DNA from: Blastocladiella emersonii ATCC 22665
Taxonomy: Eukaryota; Fungi; Blastocladiomycota
NCBI GenBank assembly: GCA_025594325.1
Contig: JANHCV010000001.1
Span: 1,488,001-1,552,000 of the forward strand
Length of the DNA: 64,000 bases
Reading direction: 5' to 3'
The notes under the pieces were generated by a model. That model was given only the letters and a program-made list of their open reading frames with translations. It did no database searches and was not told where the DNA came from. The position numbers and the translations under genes are program-made. Positions within the stretch are counted from its first letter, which is position 1; each line of letters opens with the position of its first letter. This document shows, one piece after another, positions 44,901 to 57,421 of this stretch.

Positions 44901-47783
44901 CGTCGTCGCTTTCGGCCGTACCCACGGCGCAGGGTGAGGAGCAGCAGCAACAGCACCCGCCCATCCTGCTTCCTCCCGGCGTGGCCGCTGCCGCTGCGAG
45001 CATCCCGCTCCCGCCGACGCCGATGTCGGCCGTCCCGAACGGCGCGCCGCCAAGCAACGGCACGGGCGGCGCGTCATCAACCGCGACCACGACCGACCTC
45101 GCGCAGTCGCAGCTCCTGTACGTGCAGACCATTTGTCGCGAGTGCGGGACCGTCGGCCCGCGGCGCCGCGTCCCGCCCGAGGCCGCGGCCTTCTCGTTCG
45201 CCAAGTACCTCGAGCTCGCCTTCTACAGCGACGGCGCCACGTCGACGCGGTGCGAGCACGGCACCTTCACCGCGCTGCGCCACTGCTACTCGCTCGGCGG
45301 GTACACGGTGCACATCGACGTCAACCCGATCGCCCTGTACGAGGTGAGCCTCCCCGGCATGCACGTCTACGTCGACGGCGCCCGCGTGCTCGCCGCCAAG
45401 GACCACGCCCGCGCGCAGGTGTGCGCCCTCGTCGACTCGGTGTACATGTCCGTCGACCGGTGCATCACGCAGCACCTGCACCAGGTCACGGCTGCTGCGG
45501 GCGGGAACGCGGCGCCGGGCGTTGTGTCGACGCACGCGACGGGGAACGGCGGCGTCGGGTCGATGGGTCCCAGTGCCGGGGCTGCTGCAGCTGCTGCGCT
45601 CGTCGCCTCGCCAACCTCAGCCGCGCCCAGCAGTCCGATCTGGGCCGCCGCGTCGTTCACGGCCGGGTTCACGGCACCTCCGCTCCCGCCAGCACCGCCG
45701 TCAGGCGGCATGTTCTCCATGGCGCTGACCACGACGGCGGCGCCCAACGGGCTCGACGAGTCCGTGTTCCGCGACCTGTGCGTTCTCGCGCGGCACGAGA
45801 AGCAGGAGATGCTCGACATGTGCAACGCGCTGTTCGAGTCGACGCCCGTCCACGACAACCTCGCCTTCAACAGCGTCATCCGCGTGCTCATGGACCGCAG
45901 CTCCGTGTGGATGGACCAGCTCGCGCAGCTCAAGCAGATGGTCGCCACCGCGTCCGCGCCCCTCGATGCGGCCGGCGGGAGCGGGCTCGGCGGTGGCGGC
46001 GCGGGGAACGGCGGCGACGGGAGCGGCGGGACCATCGGCATGGCCGCGCCCGGCTGGCTGCTGCGCGCGCTCCAGGAGATGGCGCAGGACCACCGCCGCG
46101 TCGCGCCCAAGGTCGAGCTCCCGACGCCGTCCACGTCGCCCATCTCGCGCCCGCTGCTCCTGCTGCGCGACTCGCCGCAGCTCGAGCCCGGCGACGAGCT
46201 GTCGTCGCCCGTGTCGCCGACGGGCATGCTGCTGCCCGTGCTCGACAAGGAGGAGGAGCTGCTGACGCGGCCGTCGTCGGCGCGCGCCGACCGCACCGAC
46301 CTCAAGAAGTCGAGCGGGATCGTGCAGTCGCTCGTCAACCTGCTCACGTCCGGGTCGAGCGCGGCCGCCGCGCTGTCGCCGCTCACGGCGATCCTGTCGC
46401 CGACCGAGCACATGTTCCAGGGCAACCCCGTGATCATCCGCGAGGACGAGCCAACGTCCATCGTCGCATTCGCGCACTGCTCGACTGCGTACCTCGGCAA
46501 GCTCGAGGCGCTCGGCCGCCGCGAGCTCGCGTCCGACACGCCCATGTCCGAGATGTCCGTGTCGCCGTTCCGCGAGATCCAGGCGCAGGAGGTGGACGTC
46601 GACGTGGACGTGGACGAGGACACGCTCGGCGAGACGTGGCTCGACCACGACCCGGGCGCGCGCGGCCACATTGACGTCGAGTGCACCGAGGGCCCGCTCA
46701 AGATCGGGTGCCGGACGTATTTCGCGTCCGAGTTCCACCAGCTGCGCCAGCACTGCGGGATCGAGGCCTACTTTACGCACAGCATGTCGCGGTGCCACGC
46801 GTGGGACGCGTCCGGCGGCAAGTCCGGGTCCACGTTCCTCAAGACGCAGGACGACCGGTTCGTCATCAAGCAGATCTCCAAGATGGAGCTCGAGCTGTTC
46901 ACGCTGTTCGCGCCGTCGTACTTTGCGTACATGAACAAGGCCATCTTCAACCAGGTACGGCCATTCGGGTCATGAAGCGTGATGATTCGCAGGCTGACAC
47001 GTCGTTTACGCGTGTAGATCCCGACGATCCTGGCCAAGATCTTTGGTGTGTACCGCGTCGCGCTCAAGAACTCGACGACGGGCAAGTCGATCAAGCTCGA
47101 CTTTCTCGTCATGGAGCACTTGTGGTACAACAAGAAGATCACGCGGGTACGCTTCGTGACTGTCGCCGCGGTGACCCGCCCAACTCACCGAACAACATCT
47201 CTAGCTCTTTGACCTCAAGGGTTCGACCCGCAACCGACACGTTCCCGTGGCGCCGCCGCCGCCAGCGACTACTGGCACCAGCTACGGTTCCAGCAGCGGC
47301 ATGGGGAACGGCAAGCCAGCGGCCGCAAGCGGTGTCGGCGCGGCACCATCGGCTGGCGCACCACCACCACAACCGCCGCTGCAAGTGCTCCTCGACGGCA
47401 ACTTCATCGAGATGACGCACATGGCCCCGCTGTTCACGCGCGAGTACTCGCGCAAGGTGCTAGCCACGTCCATCTACAACGACACGCTGTTCCTGTCGAA
47501 GCTCAACATCATGGACTACAGCCTGCTGGTCGGGATCGACGAGACGAACCAGGAGCTCGTGGTCGGGATCGTCGACTTCATCCGCACCTACACGTGGGAC
47601 AAGAAGCTCGAGTCGTGGGTCAAGGAGACGGGCCTGCTGGGCGGCGGCAAGGAGCCGACCATCGTGTCGCCCAAGCAGTACAAGACGCGGTTCCGCGAGG
47701 CCATGGACCGCTACTTTTTGCTCGTCCCCGACAAGTTTTGTACAGCCAAGGTCGGGGTCGGCGCGCAGAACCTCTTCTCGTGA
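41988..47783 (+). CDS. FAB1: PI3P 5-kinase Fab1/PIKfyve
   Basis: FYVE domain ([13 protein letters not shown]...RRKHHCRI|CGQIFC), CCT-like domain ([16 protein letters not shown]), [13 protein letters not shown] and a PIP5K domain ([43 protein letters not shown]). Several introns. Confidence 0.96.
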
Positions 47784-48288
47784 CTATGTAATACATTCCT
47801 CTCATTCTTTGCGCAGTTCCTGACGAGCTTGATGCGCTCGCGTGTCGGCGAAGTAAAGAGCAGCGCTGCGTGGACGGACGAGCGGCCATGAAGCGAGAAA
47901 CGGCAGGACGCGTGACGCGTTGCGCCACAGTCTGATGGTCGTGACCATGATCGTGATCGAAGGCGCTCGTGTCCCCTCGATCCGGTTTGACGAGGCACAA
48001 CGCTCAAGAGCTGGAAAATTGATTGCACGCCTACGGGGAACGCATTCAGAGTGTATTGGCCCACCAGGGAGGTCGGGAGCACAAGCCAACGCGAGCGCGA
48101 ACGATCTTCAGTCAGTCGCTAAGGTTGAGAGAGAAGTCGTAGGACTAAAACCCGCCATCGAAGCGCACCCAGGAGCACGCCTCGCGCACATGAGGCGGAG
48201 CATCGCGAAGCGCACCGGGTACGGCGGCCGCGGAGCCGTGACGACTCCTTGACCGTGGAGGCTTGAATCGTGGACGGGATGCGTTGCA

Positions 48289-49100
48289 TCACGTACACGG
48301 GTGCGAGTTCGGGCAGGTCGCCGGGAGCCAGTTGCTTAGATCAGCCACTTTGAGCTGCGCTGGCAGCGATGAGAACACGAGCGCGAGGTCCTCCCCGGAA
48401 GCGTGACACGTACGCTTGACGGCGAGAAGCAACCCCATCGAACCATTCCGTTGGACGACAATGTGACTGGCTGATGAGAGAGATCGAGCTTGGCAAGGCC
48501 GCGCGGCAGACTCCGAACAAGAGCGAGGATGGAGTAACACCGAGTAAATAGAGCGAGGGACAAGACCAAGTCAGCGTCAGGGGAGGCCCCGTCAAGGCCA
48601 CGAGCTCGAGTCGAACATAGAGTAGCAACGCATGCGATCGAAATCGCGAGCAAGGCATCTTTTCAGAATTAGGAAAGGTTATCAGCATGTGTAAAAAAAT
48701 TGTGTTACTAAGTGTGAGCTGAATTGTTTCTTCATCACGAAAGATGATTGGGCAGGCGACGCGAGGAGCGCGCGCGCAGCTGTCGGACGTATAACTAATA
48801 GCAAGGCAAGATGCCGTCCCGATGGACGAGCGGGGCGAGGAACGTGGCTGAGCACGACGGTTCAGGCTCTTGGCGGGGTGGTTCGGCCACAGCGAACAGA
48901 GACGGGTTGCGTCGAGACAGTGCTTGTGGAGATCGTTGCTCGTGGAGATCGTTCCGTGGCTACATGATTTGGACTGGTTCATAGATCGCTGTATTCCCAC
49001 CGAGGCATCCGATTCGACTTTATGCCGTGGGGTGGTTTTGCGTCCTGTGTCGGCTGAGATCAGCTGACTGGTTGCTTTGCCAGTTGCTTTCACGGTGGTG
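48289..49100 (-). pseudogene. Decayed LRR gene relic (boundaries approximate)
   Basis: Short frame-broken ORFs with ALVRSLPRGLAKLDLSH and LVFSSLPAQLKVADLSN resemble the repeats of the 20615-22394 gene. Located in a lower-GC island. Confidence 0.5.
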
Positions 49101-49228
49101 ACATCACTGCAGGACGCGTGAGCGACGCCTCTCGCCGGCTCGGAGGCCGCCGCCGCGCCGGCCCACCTCGCTGCTCTCCTCTCCCCTCCCCTCACCACAA
49201 GTGACCATACACAACGACCAGCCTAGCC

Positions 49229-50352
49229 ATGCAAGCACCGCCCATGCCACCACCACCGCCCGCGAGCCTGCGCCTGCAGGGCTTCCAGGGCTACGCCTCC
49301 GAGTTCTCGCCCTTCTTTGACAACAAGCTCGCCGTCGCGAGCGCCGCCAACTACGGGATCGTCGGCAACGGGCGGCTCTGGATCATCGACCTGTCCAAGC
49401 AGGGCTACCTGGTCCCCGAAAAGTCGTTTGACACGCAGGACGGGCTCTTTGATCTCGCGTGGAGCGAGTCGCACGAGGCCCAGCTTGTCACGGGTAGCGG
49501 CGACGGGAGCATTAAGCTCTGGGATATCGGCCTCAACGTACGCTTGTCGCGCCCGGTTGCGCGACGCGATGTGAGCTGACGCGCTACCGTGGTCCCACCA
49601 TTGCAGGAATTTCCCGTGGCCAACTGGGCCGAGCATCAGCGAGAAGTCTTCTCGGTCAACTGGAACCAGGTCGACAAGTCGCAGTTCGCTTCGGCGAGTT
49701 GGGATCGCACCATCAAGCTGGTCCGTTCCCACTACCTGTGCTTCTCGGCGGACTTCGCGCGCTAACACTCCACGAACCCGTGTAGTGGGCGCCCGGGCAC
49801 GCCACCTCGCTGCTGACGCTCGCCGGGCACCACGAGTGCGTCTACTCGGCCGTCTTCGCGCCCGACGCGGCGACGATCCTCGCCAGTGGCTCGGGCGACC
49901 GCACGCTGCGGGTGTGGGACACGCGGTCCGCCGCGGCGGGTCCCGCGAGCACCGTGATCGCGCACAACCACGACGTGCTGAGCGTCGACTGGGACAAGTA
50001 CCGGCCGACGGTCGTGTACACGGGGAGCGCGGACCACGACGTCAAGGCATGGGACACGCGGCGGCTCGACGTGCCGCTCGCGACGCTCGGCGGGCACGAG
50101 TTCCCGGTGCGCCGCGTCCGCGCGTGCCCGCACCGCGCCGGCCGCGTCGTGTCGGTCGGCTACGACATGTCGGTGCGCGTGTGGGACGTGGACGTGATGG
50201 CGCCCGGCCACCCGGTCCCCGCGCGGCCCGTGTGGCGGTCCGATGCGCACACCGAGTTTGTCCTCGGCGCCGACTGGTCGCTGTTCCACCCGGGCCAGCT
50301 CGTCACGGCCGGTTGGGACAGCGCCGTGTGTCTGCACCAGATCCCCATGTAA
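49229..50352 (+). CDS. PEX7: PTS2 receptor Pex7 (WD40)
   Basis: FQGYASEFSPFFDNKLAVASAANYGIVGNGRL, DGLFDLAWSE, GSGDGSIKLWD, DWDKY, VGYDMSVRVWD and HTEFVLGADW. Two introns. Confidence 0.95.
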
Positions 50353-50562
50353 TGTAAACTCTCTACAAGCAACTACACTTTGCACCACCGCATACAACGC
50401 TTGTGGAGCGCCTCTTCGTCGATGTCTGGAGTCTTCGCGCTGTGACTCGACAAGCTGCCGCCGAGCGCCGAGCTGACCAAGCGGGAGCTGCTTCTCGTCG
50501 CCCCTTCTCTCTCTCTCCCGCTGAGCAACCCTAGCAACGAATCGACAAAGCAACGAATCACC

Positions 50563-51235
50563 ATGCCACGCACCCTCCGCCCACGCACGGCTTCGGCAGA
50601 GGCCAAGGGGAAGAGCGCGCCCGTCACGACGCGCGCCGTGAAGAAGGCGGCGGGCAAGGCGACCACCGCCACCACACGGAAGAAGGCCAGCGCGGCGACC
50701 GTTCCCCCGCCGTGGGATGAGTCTCTCGCGCCGCTGACTTTCCCAACAGCTGAGAGTGAGCGCGCAACGGCGACGCGGCAAGACGGCGGGCGCGTCACGC
50801 CCTTCATGTTCCGCGTGTACGACGCGCTTCTCCAAGTACGGCCTCGCCTGTTGCTTCCGGCGCTCATGACGTGATGCTCACTGGATCGTCTCGAGCAGAT
50901 CTCGAAGGGCAAGTTTACGACCTACGGCGAGCTCGCTAGCCATCTCGGCACGTCGCCGCGCGCCGTCGGCCAGGCGCTTCGAGTACGGCGACGCTCCCGA
51001 CGGATCCCGGCGGCTGCTGACTCTCTTCTCCTACCGCTAGGTCAACCCGTACGCGCCGCACATCCCTTGCCACCGTGTGATCGCCGCGTCGGGCCAGCTC
51101 GGCGGCTTCTTCGGGCAGGCGGGCAACGGCGAGTACACGGACAAGAAGCGACGGATGCTCGCGGAGGAGGGCATCGCGATCCCCGACGCTGGTCTCGATA
51201 TCGAGCAGCACGCTGCCAGCCTGCATCGGTTCTGA
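50563..51235 (+). CDS. MGT1: O6-methylguanine-DNA methyltransferase (PCHR active site)
   Basis: FRVYDALLQ|ISKGKFTTYGELA..L..SPRAVGQALR|VNPYAPHIPCHRVI...KRRMLAEEG. Confidence 0.88.
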
Positions 51236-51662
51236 GCCGGCGATGGCCGAGACATGTCTCCCGATGCCCCGAGACACGCGACCGCGGCGCAGTACCACAT
51301 GATACACTTGTGTTTCTCCACGTCGAGCTCGGCTGATCGTGGGTAACGGGAGAGGCCTCTTGAGACATGGCCTGGCAGGAGACAAACGCCGCCGGAAAGA
51401 AGAACACGCTTTTGGCAGCGTCACGTGTTATCGCGACGCGTCTCCCACCGCGTCTCCCGCGGCGCCACACGCCTACCCGCTTGCGAGGCGCGGCGTGCGC
51501 GCGACATGGCCCGTCGGCCGACCCCCTCGGCCGTGGATCGTGCATATAACGGGGCCGACTTTCCTCTCTTGATGCACTAAGCCGCTGCCAGCTCTCCCTC
51601 TCTTCCCCCTTACCAGGCCGACGGATCTAAACCTACGCATCAAGAATACTCGCAGCACCACC

Positions 51663-54600
51663 ATGGCGTCGTCGACTGCGCCACTCGGCGCGGCGGGCCC
51701 GCGGCGTCGCCGGCTCCGTGACGCGTCGCACAGCATCCTCCTCGCCCTCGCCACGGTCGCGCTGCTGCTGCCGTGGATGGCCGAGGCGCTCAAGGTTCGG
51801 CTCATTGCCGACACCGATCGTGCGTCTCGATTGGGTCTGTCGCCGTTGCCGTGACGCCCGCTCACTCGGTTTCGTATGTAGTGACGGCGCCGTTCACGGC
51901 GCAGGCGATGCGCGGGTGCACCAACGTCGCGAGCAGCAACTCGGCCGTCTCGTGCAACTTCTCGCGCGTGTCGGGATCGCTCTCCAACGCCGACCTCTAC
52001 GCCGCGTGGGAGAACCTGGTCATCAACTGTACGTTGCCCGCGCGAGCGCATCGCCGGACTGCGACTGACCCCCGCTCGCTTTAGCCGGCGACGACGTGTA
52101 CATTGGGAGTTACTTCGGGTTCGTTTCTACGATGGATCAGCTTGCCGCCAAGTACCCCGCGAAGCTCTTTGTGGCCCTCGACTCGGCCATGTCGCCGCCC
52201 AAGGACAACACCATGGGCGTCACCTTCGCCGAGGACCAGGCCGGCTACCTCGCGGGGGCGCTCGCCGGTGTTTTCAGCACGTCGAAGCGCGTCGGTGTCA
52301 TTGGCGGTCTCCCGATCCCGTACGTCTCACTCGTGTGCTCGGACCACCGACTGGGGCACTCACACCCTGTACGTGTAGGCCCGTCAAGAAGTTTGTCAAC
52401 GGCTACCTCGCCGGTGTCCTGTCGGTATGCCCGACGTGCGAGGTGTACTCGACGTACCGTCCGAGCTTCGACAACTCGACGGTCGGCCAGCTCGCGGCGC
52501 GGTCGCTGATCGCGCAGGGCGCCGACGTCATCTTCGGCGCGGGCGGCGGGATGGGTAGCGCGGGGATCCTAGAGGCGGCGCGCAACCGCGTCTTCGCGAT
52601 CGGCGTCGACTCGAACGAGGCGCTGACGACCTTCAAGGACCGGGCCGAGATCGACTACCTGCTGTCAACGGCCGAGAAGAAGGTGGACGTGGCCATCTCG
52701 AGCGCCATCACGTCGATCCTGGCGGGCAAGCGCGGCGGGTTCAACATGGTGCTCGACACGAGTCTCGGCGGCGTGGCTCTCGTGTCGCCGTTCAACTCGA
52801 CGACGCTGCACGATTTCTCCGTGCCCGTCACCGTGTCGATCAAGAACGCGTACGACACGTGCGCGACCACGTCCTTCTCGCCGCGCTCGACGATCCTCAC
52901 GCTCATCTTCAACTCGCTAAAGAGCAAGCTGACGTTCACGTCCGTGGTTCCCGCATCCGGCGACCTACAACCGCTCACGACCTTCGCCAACAAGACATTC
53001 TACGACATGGCGCCGTTCGGCCAGCGCAGCAGCATGCCCGCGGGCACGCAGGGGCTCGGCGCGGCCATGGTCGGCGGCAACCGGATCCTGGCGTGGGGCG
53101 GGCAGACCAAGTTCGGCGAGTACCCGACGGCCATGATGGCGCTCGACTTTGACAGCTTCACGTGGACGCAGGTCGCCGACGCGAGCTCGGTCAAGCCGGC
53201 GGGCCGCGCGTTCCACGCGCTCGGCTACGACGCGGCGGGCGGCAACATCTGGATCTACGGCGGGCAGTCGGCGTCGAGCGTGCTGGGCGACACGTGGAAG
53301 TACTCGGTGGCCGCGGCAACGTGGACGGCCGTCACGACCTCAGCATCGCCAGGAACGCGGACCAACTTTGCGCACGCGACGCTCGACCAGACAATGTACG
53401 TGTACGGCGGCGTGACGCCGACGGGCGAGATCCAGCGCGACCTGTGGGCGCTCGACATGGCCGCGGGCGCGTGGTCGCCGGTCGCGGCCAAGGGCGCCGT
53501 GGTGCCGCCCGCGCTGCAGCACGCGGCGCTCGTGGCCGTCAACGGGACGCAGCTGGTGCTTTACGGCGGGACCAACGAGCAGGGGTCCGTGACCAACTCG
53601 CTGTACGTGCTGGACGTGCCGAGCAAGACGTGGCGCGTCGAGCAGCCGAGCACGCTCAAGACGGGTGCGCCGCCGGCGGCTGAGCGGATGCGCGCCGTGT
53701 ACCTCGACCAGCGCCGCGTCCTGTTCACGGGCGGTCTGGGCACGTCGGGCCCGCTCAACGCGACGTGGGTGTGGAAGATGGACGAGGGCGAGTGGTCCAA
53801 CAACGCGTACGGGTCGCTGCCCGCGGCGCTGCACAGCCACGCGCTCGTCACCTTCAACCAGAGCGCGTACGCCAAGGCGTGCCAGTACGCAGAAATCCCC
53901 GTGCTCTCGCTGTGCACGCCCGCGACCGTCAACGCCGTGGTCGCCGTCAGCGGCGTCACCAACAGCCCCGGCGGCGGCGTGGTCGTGTCGTTTGCGAACC
54001 CGGACCCGCCGCCGCCGCCGGTCGGCGTGATTGACGCGGGCGCCAAGTGGGCCGTCACGGTGCTCAACGCGGTCGGCCTGATGCTCACGCTTGCGCTGTC
54101 GACGTTCCTGTGGCTCAAGCGCGGGCACAAGGTGATCAAGGCCAGCAACGTGAGGTTCGCGGCGCTCATCCTGCTAGGCACGCTGCTCGCGCACATTGGC
54201 CTGATCGCGAGCTCGTGGGTCCCCGACGCGCGCACGGCCATCATGCTCACGGCGTTCCTGGTCGGGTCCGGCTACACATTGGTCTTCAGCGCGCTCGTTG
54301 TCAAGACGTACCTCATTTACGGCATTTTCTCCTCGAAGCGCGCCGTCAAGCGCAAGATGCCCAAGTACTTTGCCGCGGTCGTGTTCGCGCTCGGCATCCA
54401 GCTGCTCCTGGTCGGCCTGTGGTTCCAGTTCGACAGCAACGCCATCATCTCGATCAACGTGGCGGGCACCGTGTGGAACATCCGTTCGCTCGACTCGAAC
54501 TGGGTGCTGCTCTCGTCGCTGCCCGTGATCCTGCTCACCATCGCCGGCGTCTTCCTCAGCTTCAAGACCCGCCACATCGCCAGCAGCTTCAACGAGTCGT

Positions 54601-55043
54601 ACTACATTGGGATCGCGACGTACTCGATCGCGCTCGCGCTCATCGTCGTGGCGCCCGTGATCCTGCTCCTCCAGGCGCCGCTCGTCCAGTACATCATCTC
54701 GGCGATCCTGGTCACGCTCACGACGATCGGCGTCCAGCTCATCTTCTTCGGCCACAAGGTGTCGGCGGTCTTCATGCCCGCTAACATCGCCGAGGTCGAC
54801 AACTCGACGGCCAGCGAGTCGTCGGCGGGCGAGAGCTCGACGGGCGTGCTCCGGTGCAAGTACTGCAAGCAGGCGCTGCAGGCGGGCAGTGCGGCGGGCG
54901 GGAACAGCACGATCGCCACGGGTATGGGCATGGGTACGCTGCAGGGCAAGATGGGGTCGGTCAACAACATGGGCACGCTGCAGGGCAAGGGCGGGTCCGC
55001 GTCGCCGTCCGCGCGGCCATCTCTCAAGCAGGCGTTGATGTGA
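51663..55043 (+). CDS. Class C (GABA-B/Grl-like) GPCR: signal peptide, Bmp/PnrA domain, Kelch propeller, 7TM
   Basis: Four exons. Bmp motifs VTFAEDQAGYLAG, GVIGG.P.P.V..F..GY..G, GADVIFGAGG and AIGVDSN. Five or six Kelch blades (GG...W). 7tm_3 motifs VIKASN, GYTLVFSALVVKTYLIYGIF and KTRHIASSFNES. Confidence 0.88.
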
Positions 55044-55433
55044 TTGAGGAGGGGGTCGGGTGGGTGATTGCGTGATATGTGATATAGACTAGCACTTGCT
55101 TTGCTTACATCATTGACTGATGCTCCTTTGGGGCGAGGACTTTCACTCGCGTCGCACACTACACGTGAGTGGCTCAACTTCGCGTTGCGCCACTCCAGCC
55201 CGCGGCTCGACTTTCGCAGCATCGCGCTTTCAATGAATCTCGCAGGAAGCTTATACGTGGTTCCGTGTCGTCGCTGTGAAGCATACAAAGATCAAAGTGG
55301 TTCCGCGTCAGCGTCCGCGTGTGGCACTCGTTCCTCAAGGCGGCTCAGATGCGACCAAGAGTGGCAGGCGACGGACTAGAATACGTGGTATACACTTTCA
55401 AACAAAAAAAGTTCTCGTTGCGCATCGGCAAGC

Positions 55434-56889
55434 CTAGGCGCGCCACGCATCAATGTTGTAGCGCTCAAAGGCGTCGCGCTCGAGCTCCTCGCGGTGGTCG
55501 GGGTGGGCGATGCTGATGAGGGCCTTGGCGCGCTGGTGGTAGTTGAGGCCGAACAGGTTGACGGCGCCATACTCGGTGACGACCCAGTGGACGTGGTAGC
55601 GGGTGGTGACGACGCCGGACCCGGGCGCGAGGGTCGGGACGATCTTGGAGGTACCGTTCTTGTTGGTCGAGGGCATGCAGATGATGGGGATGCCGCCGTC
55701 CGAGAGCGCGGCGCCGCGCTCGAAATCGACCTGGCCGCCGACGCCCGAGACCTGGTAGGTGCCGACCGAGTCGCTGCACACCTGGCCCGTGATGTCGACG
55801 GCGACGCACGAGTTGATGGCCACGACGCGCGGGTTGGACCCGATGATGACGGGGTTGTTGGTGACGGACGCGTCCTGGAAGAGCACCTGCGGGTTGTCGT
55901 CCACAAAGTCGTAGAGCTTCTGCGACCCGACGACAAACGAGGTGACGACGCGGCCGGCCTGGTACGTCTTGAGCGAGTTGTCGACGACGCCGGACTCGAT
56001 GAGCGGGATGAGGCCGTCGGACCACATTTCAGTGTGACAGCCAAGGTGTTTGTGGTTGGTGAGGCACGCGAGCACAGCGTTGGGGACCGCGCCGATACCC
56101 ATCTGCAGAGTGGCGCCGTCGGGGATGAGCTCGGCAATGTGCCGGCCAATGGCCTCCTCGACCTCGGTCATGGGGCCGGGGGCGGCGGAGATGATGGGGT
56201 CGTCGGTGTGCACGACGGCATCGAACGCCGAGAGCGGGACGAAGGTCGAGCCGCGAGTGCGCGGCACGTTGGGGTTGATCTGGGCGATCAGGGTGCGGGC
56301 GGTCTCGACAGCGGGGAGGGCGGTGGCGACCTCGGCGCCGAGCGTGACGAAGCCGTGCTTGTCGGGCGGGCTGACGTTGAGCAGGGCGACGTCGGGGGCG
56401 AGGCGGCCCGAGCGCATGAGGCGCGGCATCTCGGAGAGGAAGACGGGGATGTAGGACCCCTGGCCGTTGGCGACGTTGCGGCGCTCGCGCGCGCCGACAA
56501 ACAGGTTGTTGGAGAAGAAGCGGTCCGGGTGCGCCGTGCACGGGTTGGCGGCCTCGAGGTGCAGGTGCAGCAGCTCCATGTCGGTCAGGTCGTCGCGCGC
56601 GGCCAGGGCGTCGAGCAGGCGTGTCGGCACGCACGCCGCGCCGTGGATGTACACGCGCGACCCGCTCTCGATGCGCGAGACGGCCTCCTCGGCCGACACC
56701 ACGTCGGGGGTGGCTAGGTGCGCGAGGTTGCGCGAAGTGAGAAGGTGCTGCTGGTCGCCGAAGCGTGAGCGGATCGAGCGTACCGGCACGGGCGGCAAGC
56801 AGGGTGCGGCGCTGCCACGAGCTCGCGACGACACGGGCGGCGGCCGAGGCCGAGAAGGTGTTGGCGTGGCGCTTCAGGGCGGACAGCAT
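55434..56889 (-). CDS. Acetyl-CoA hydrolase/CoA-transferase, 4-hydroxybutyrate CoA-transferase type, with probable mitochondrial presequence
   Basis: MLSALKRH... presequence, one intron, SAEEAV, TLQMGIGAVPNAV, HTEMWSDG, SGVGGQVDFERGA and VVTEYGAVNL. Confidence 0.9.
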
Positions 56890-57421
56890 GATGGCTTCGC
56901 GATGCGCCGAGTGTCTAGAGATACATGCAAGCGGTCGGGCGGCGGGCAGGGAGGGCGGGGCCGTGGGGGCGCGCAGGGCTCTTATAACCTTAGCCTTCAT
57001 TGCGGAACACGTTGCTTGCTTGGCGCGCTGCAGGACGGCGCGGGTGGGGCCGGTCCGACGTTTCGGCGCGGCGCGCCTCATGCATGCACGGTGTGTTCGA
57101 CGCGCCGATCACCGCGTCATCGTGCGTCACCGCCGCGGCCGTCGATCACGCGGCTTATGCGGGCCATGCGGATGGGCGCGCGATGGCCATGCCCTTTTCA
57201 CGCCACCGCGCGCGCCACAGTGACGCTCACGCGCCGCGCCACGCTCGCTCGGCTCACGCGATAGCCGATGCCCGCGTGATTGCCGGTCGCGGTCGCGAGG
57301 CGGTGCGACCCGGCCGTCCCTATCGCCCGGATTTGCCTTCTCGCTCGTCCCTCTCCGCAATCCGCTCTCGCTCTCTCAACCCATGCAACGCGCCTGATAC
57401 TGCAACGCGACGTAATCGACC

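Noticed and set aside
18950-49200. Intact transposons in the lower-GC islands
   Set aside because: I found no transposase, RT or integrase motifs, terminal inverted repeats or target-site duplications by eye.
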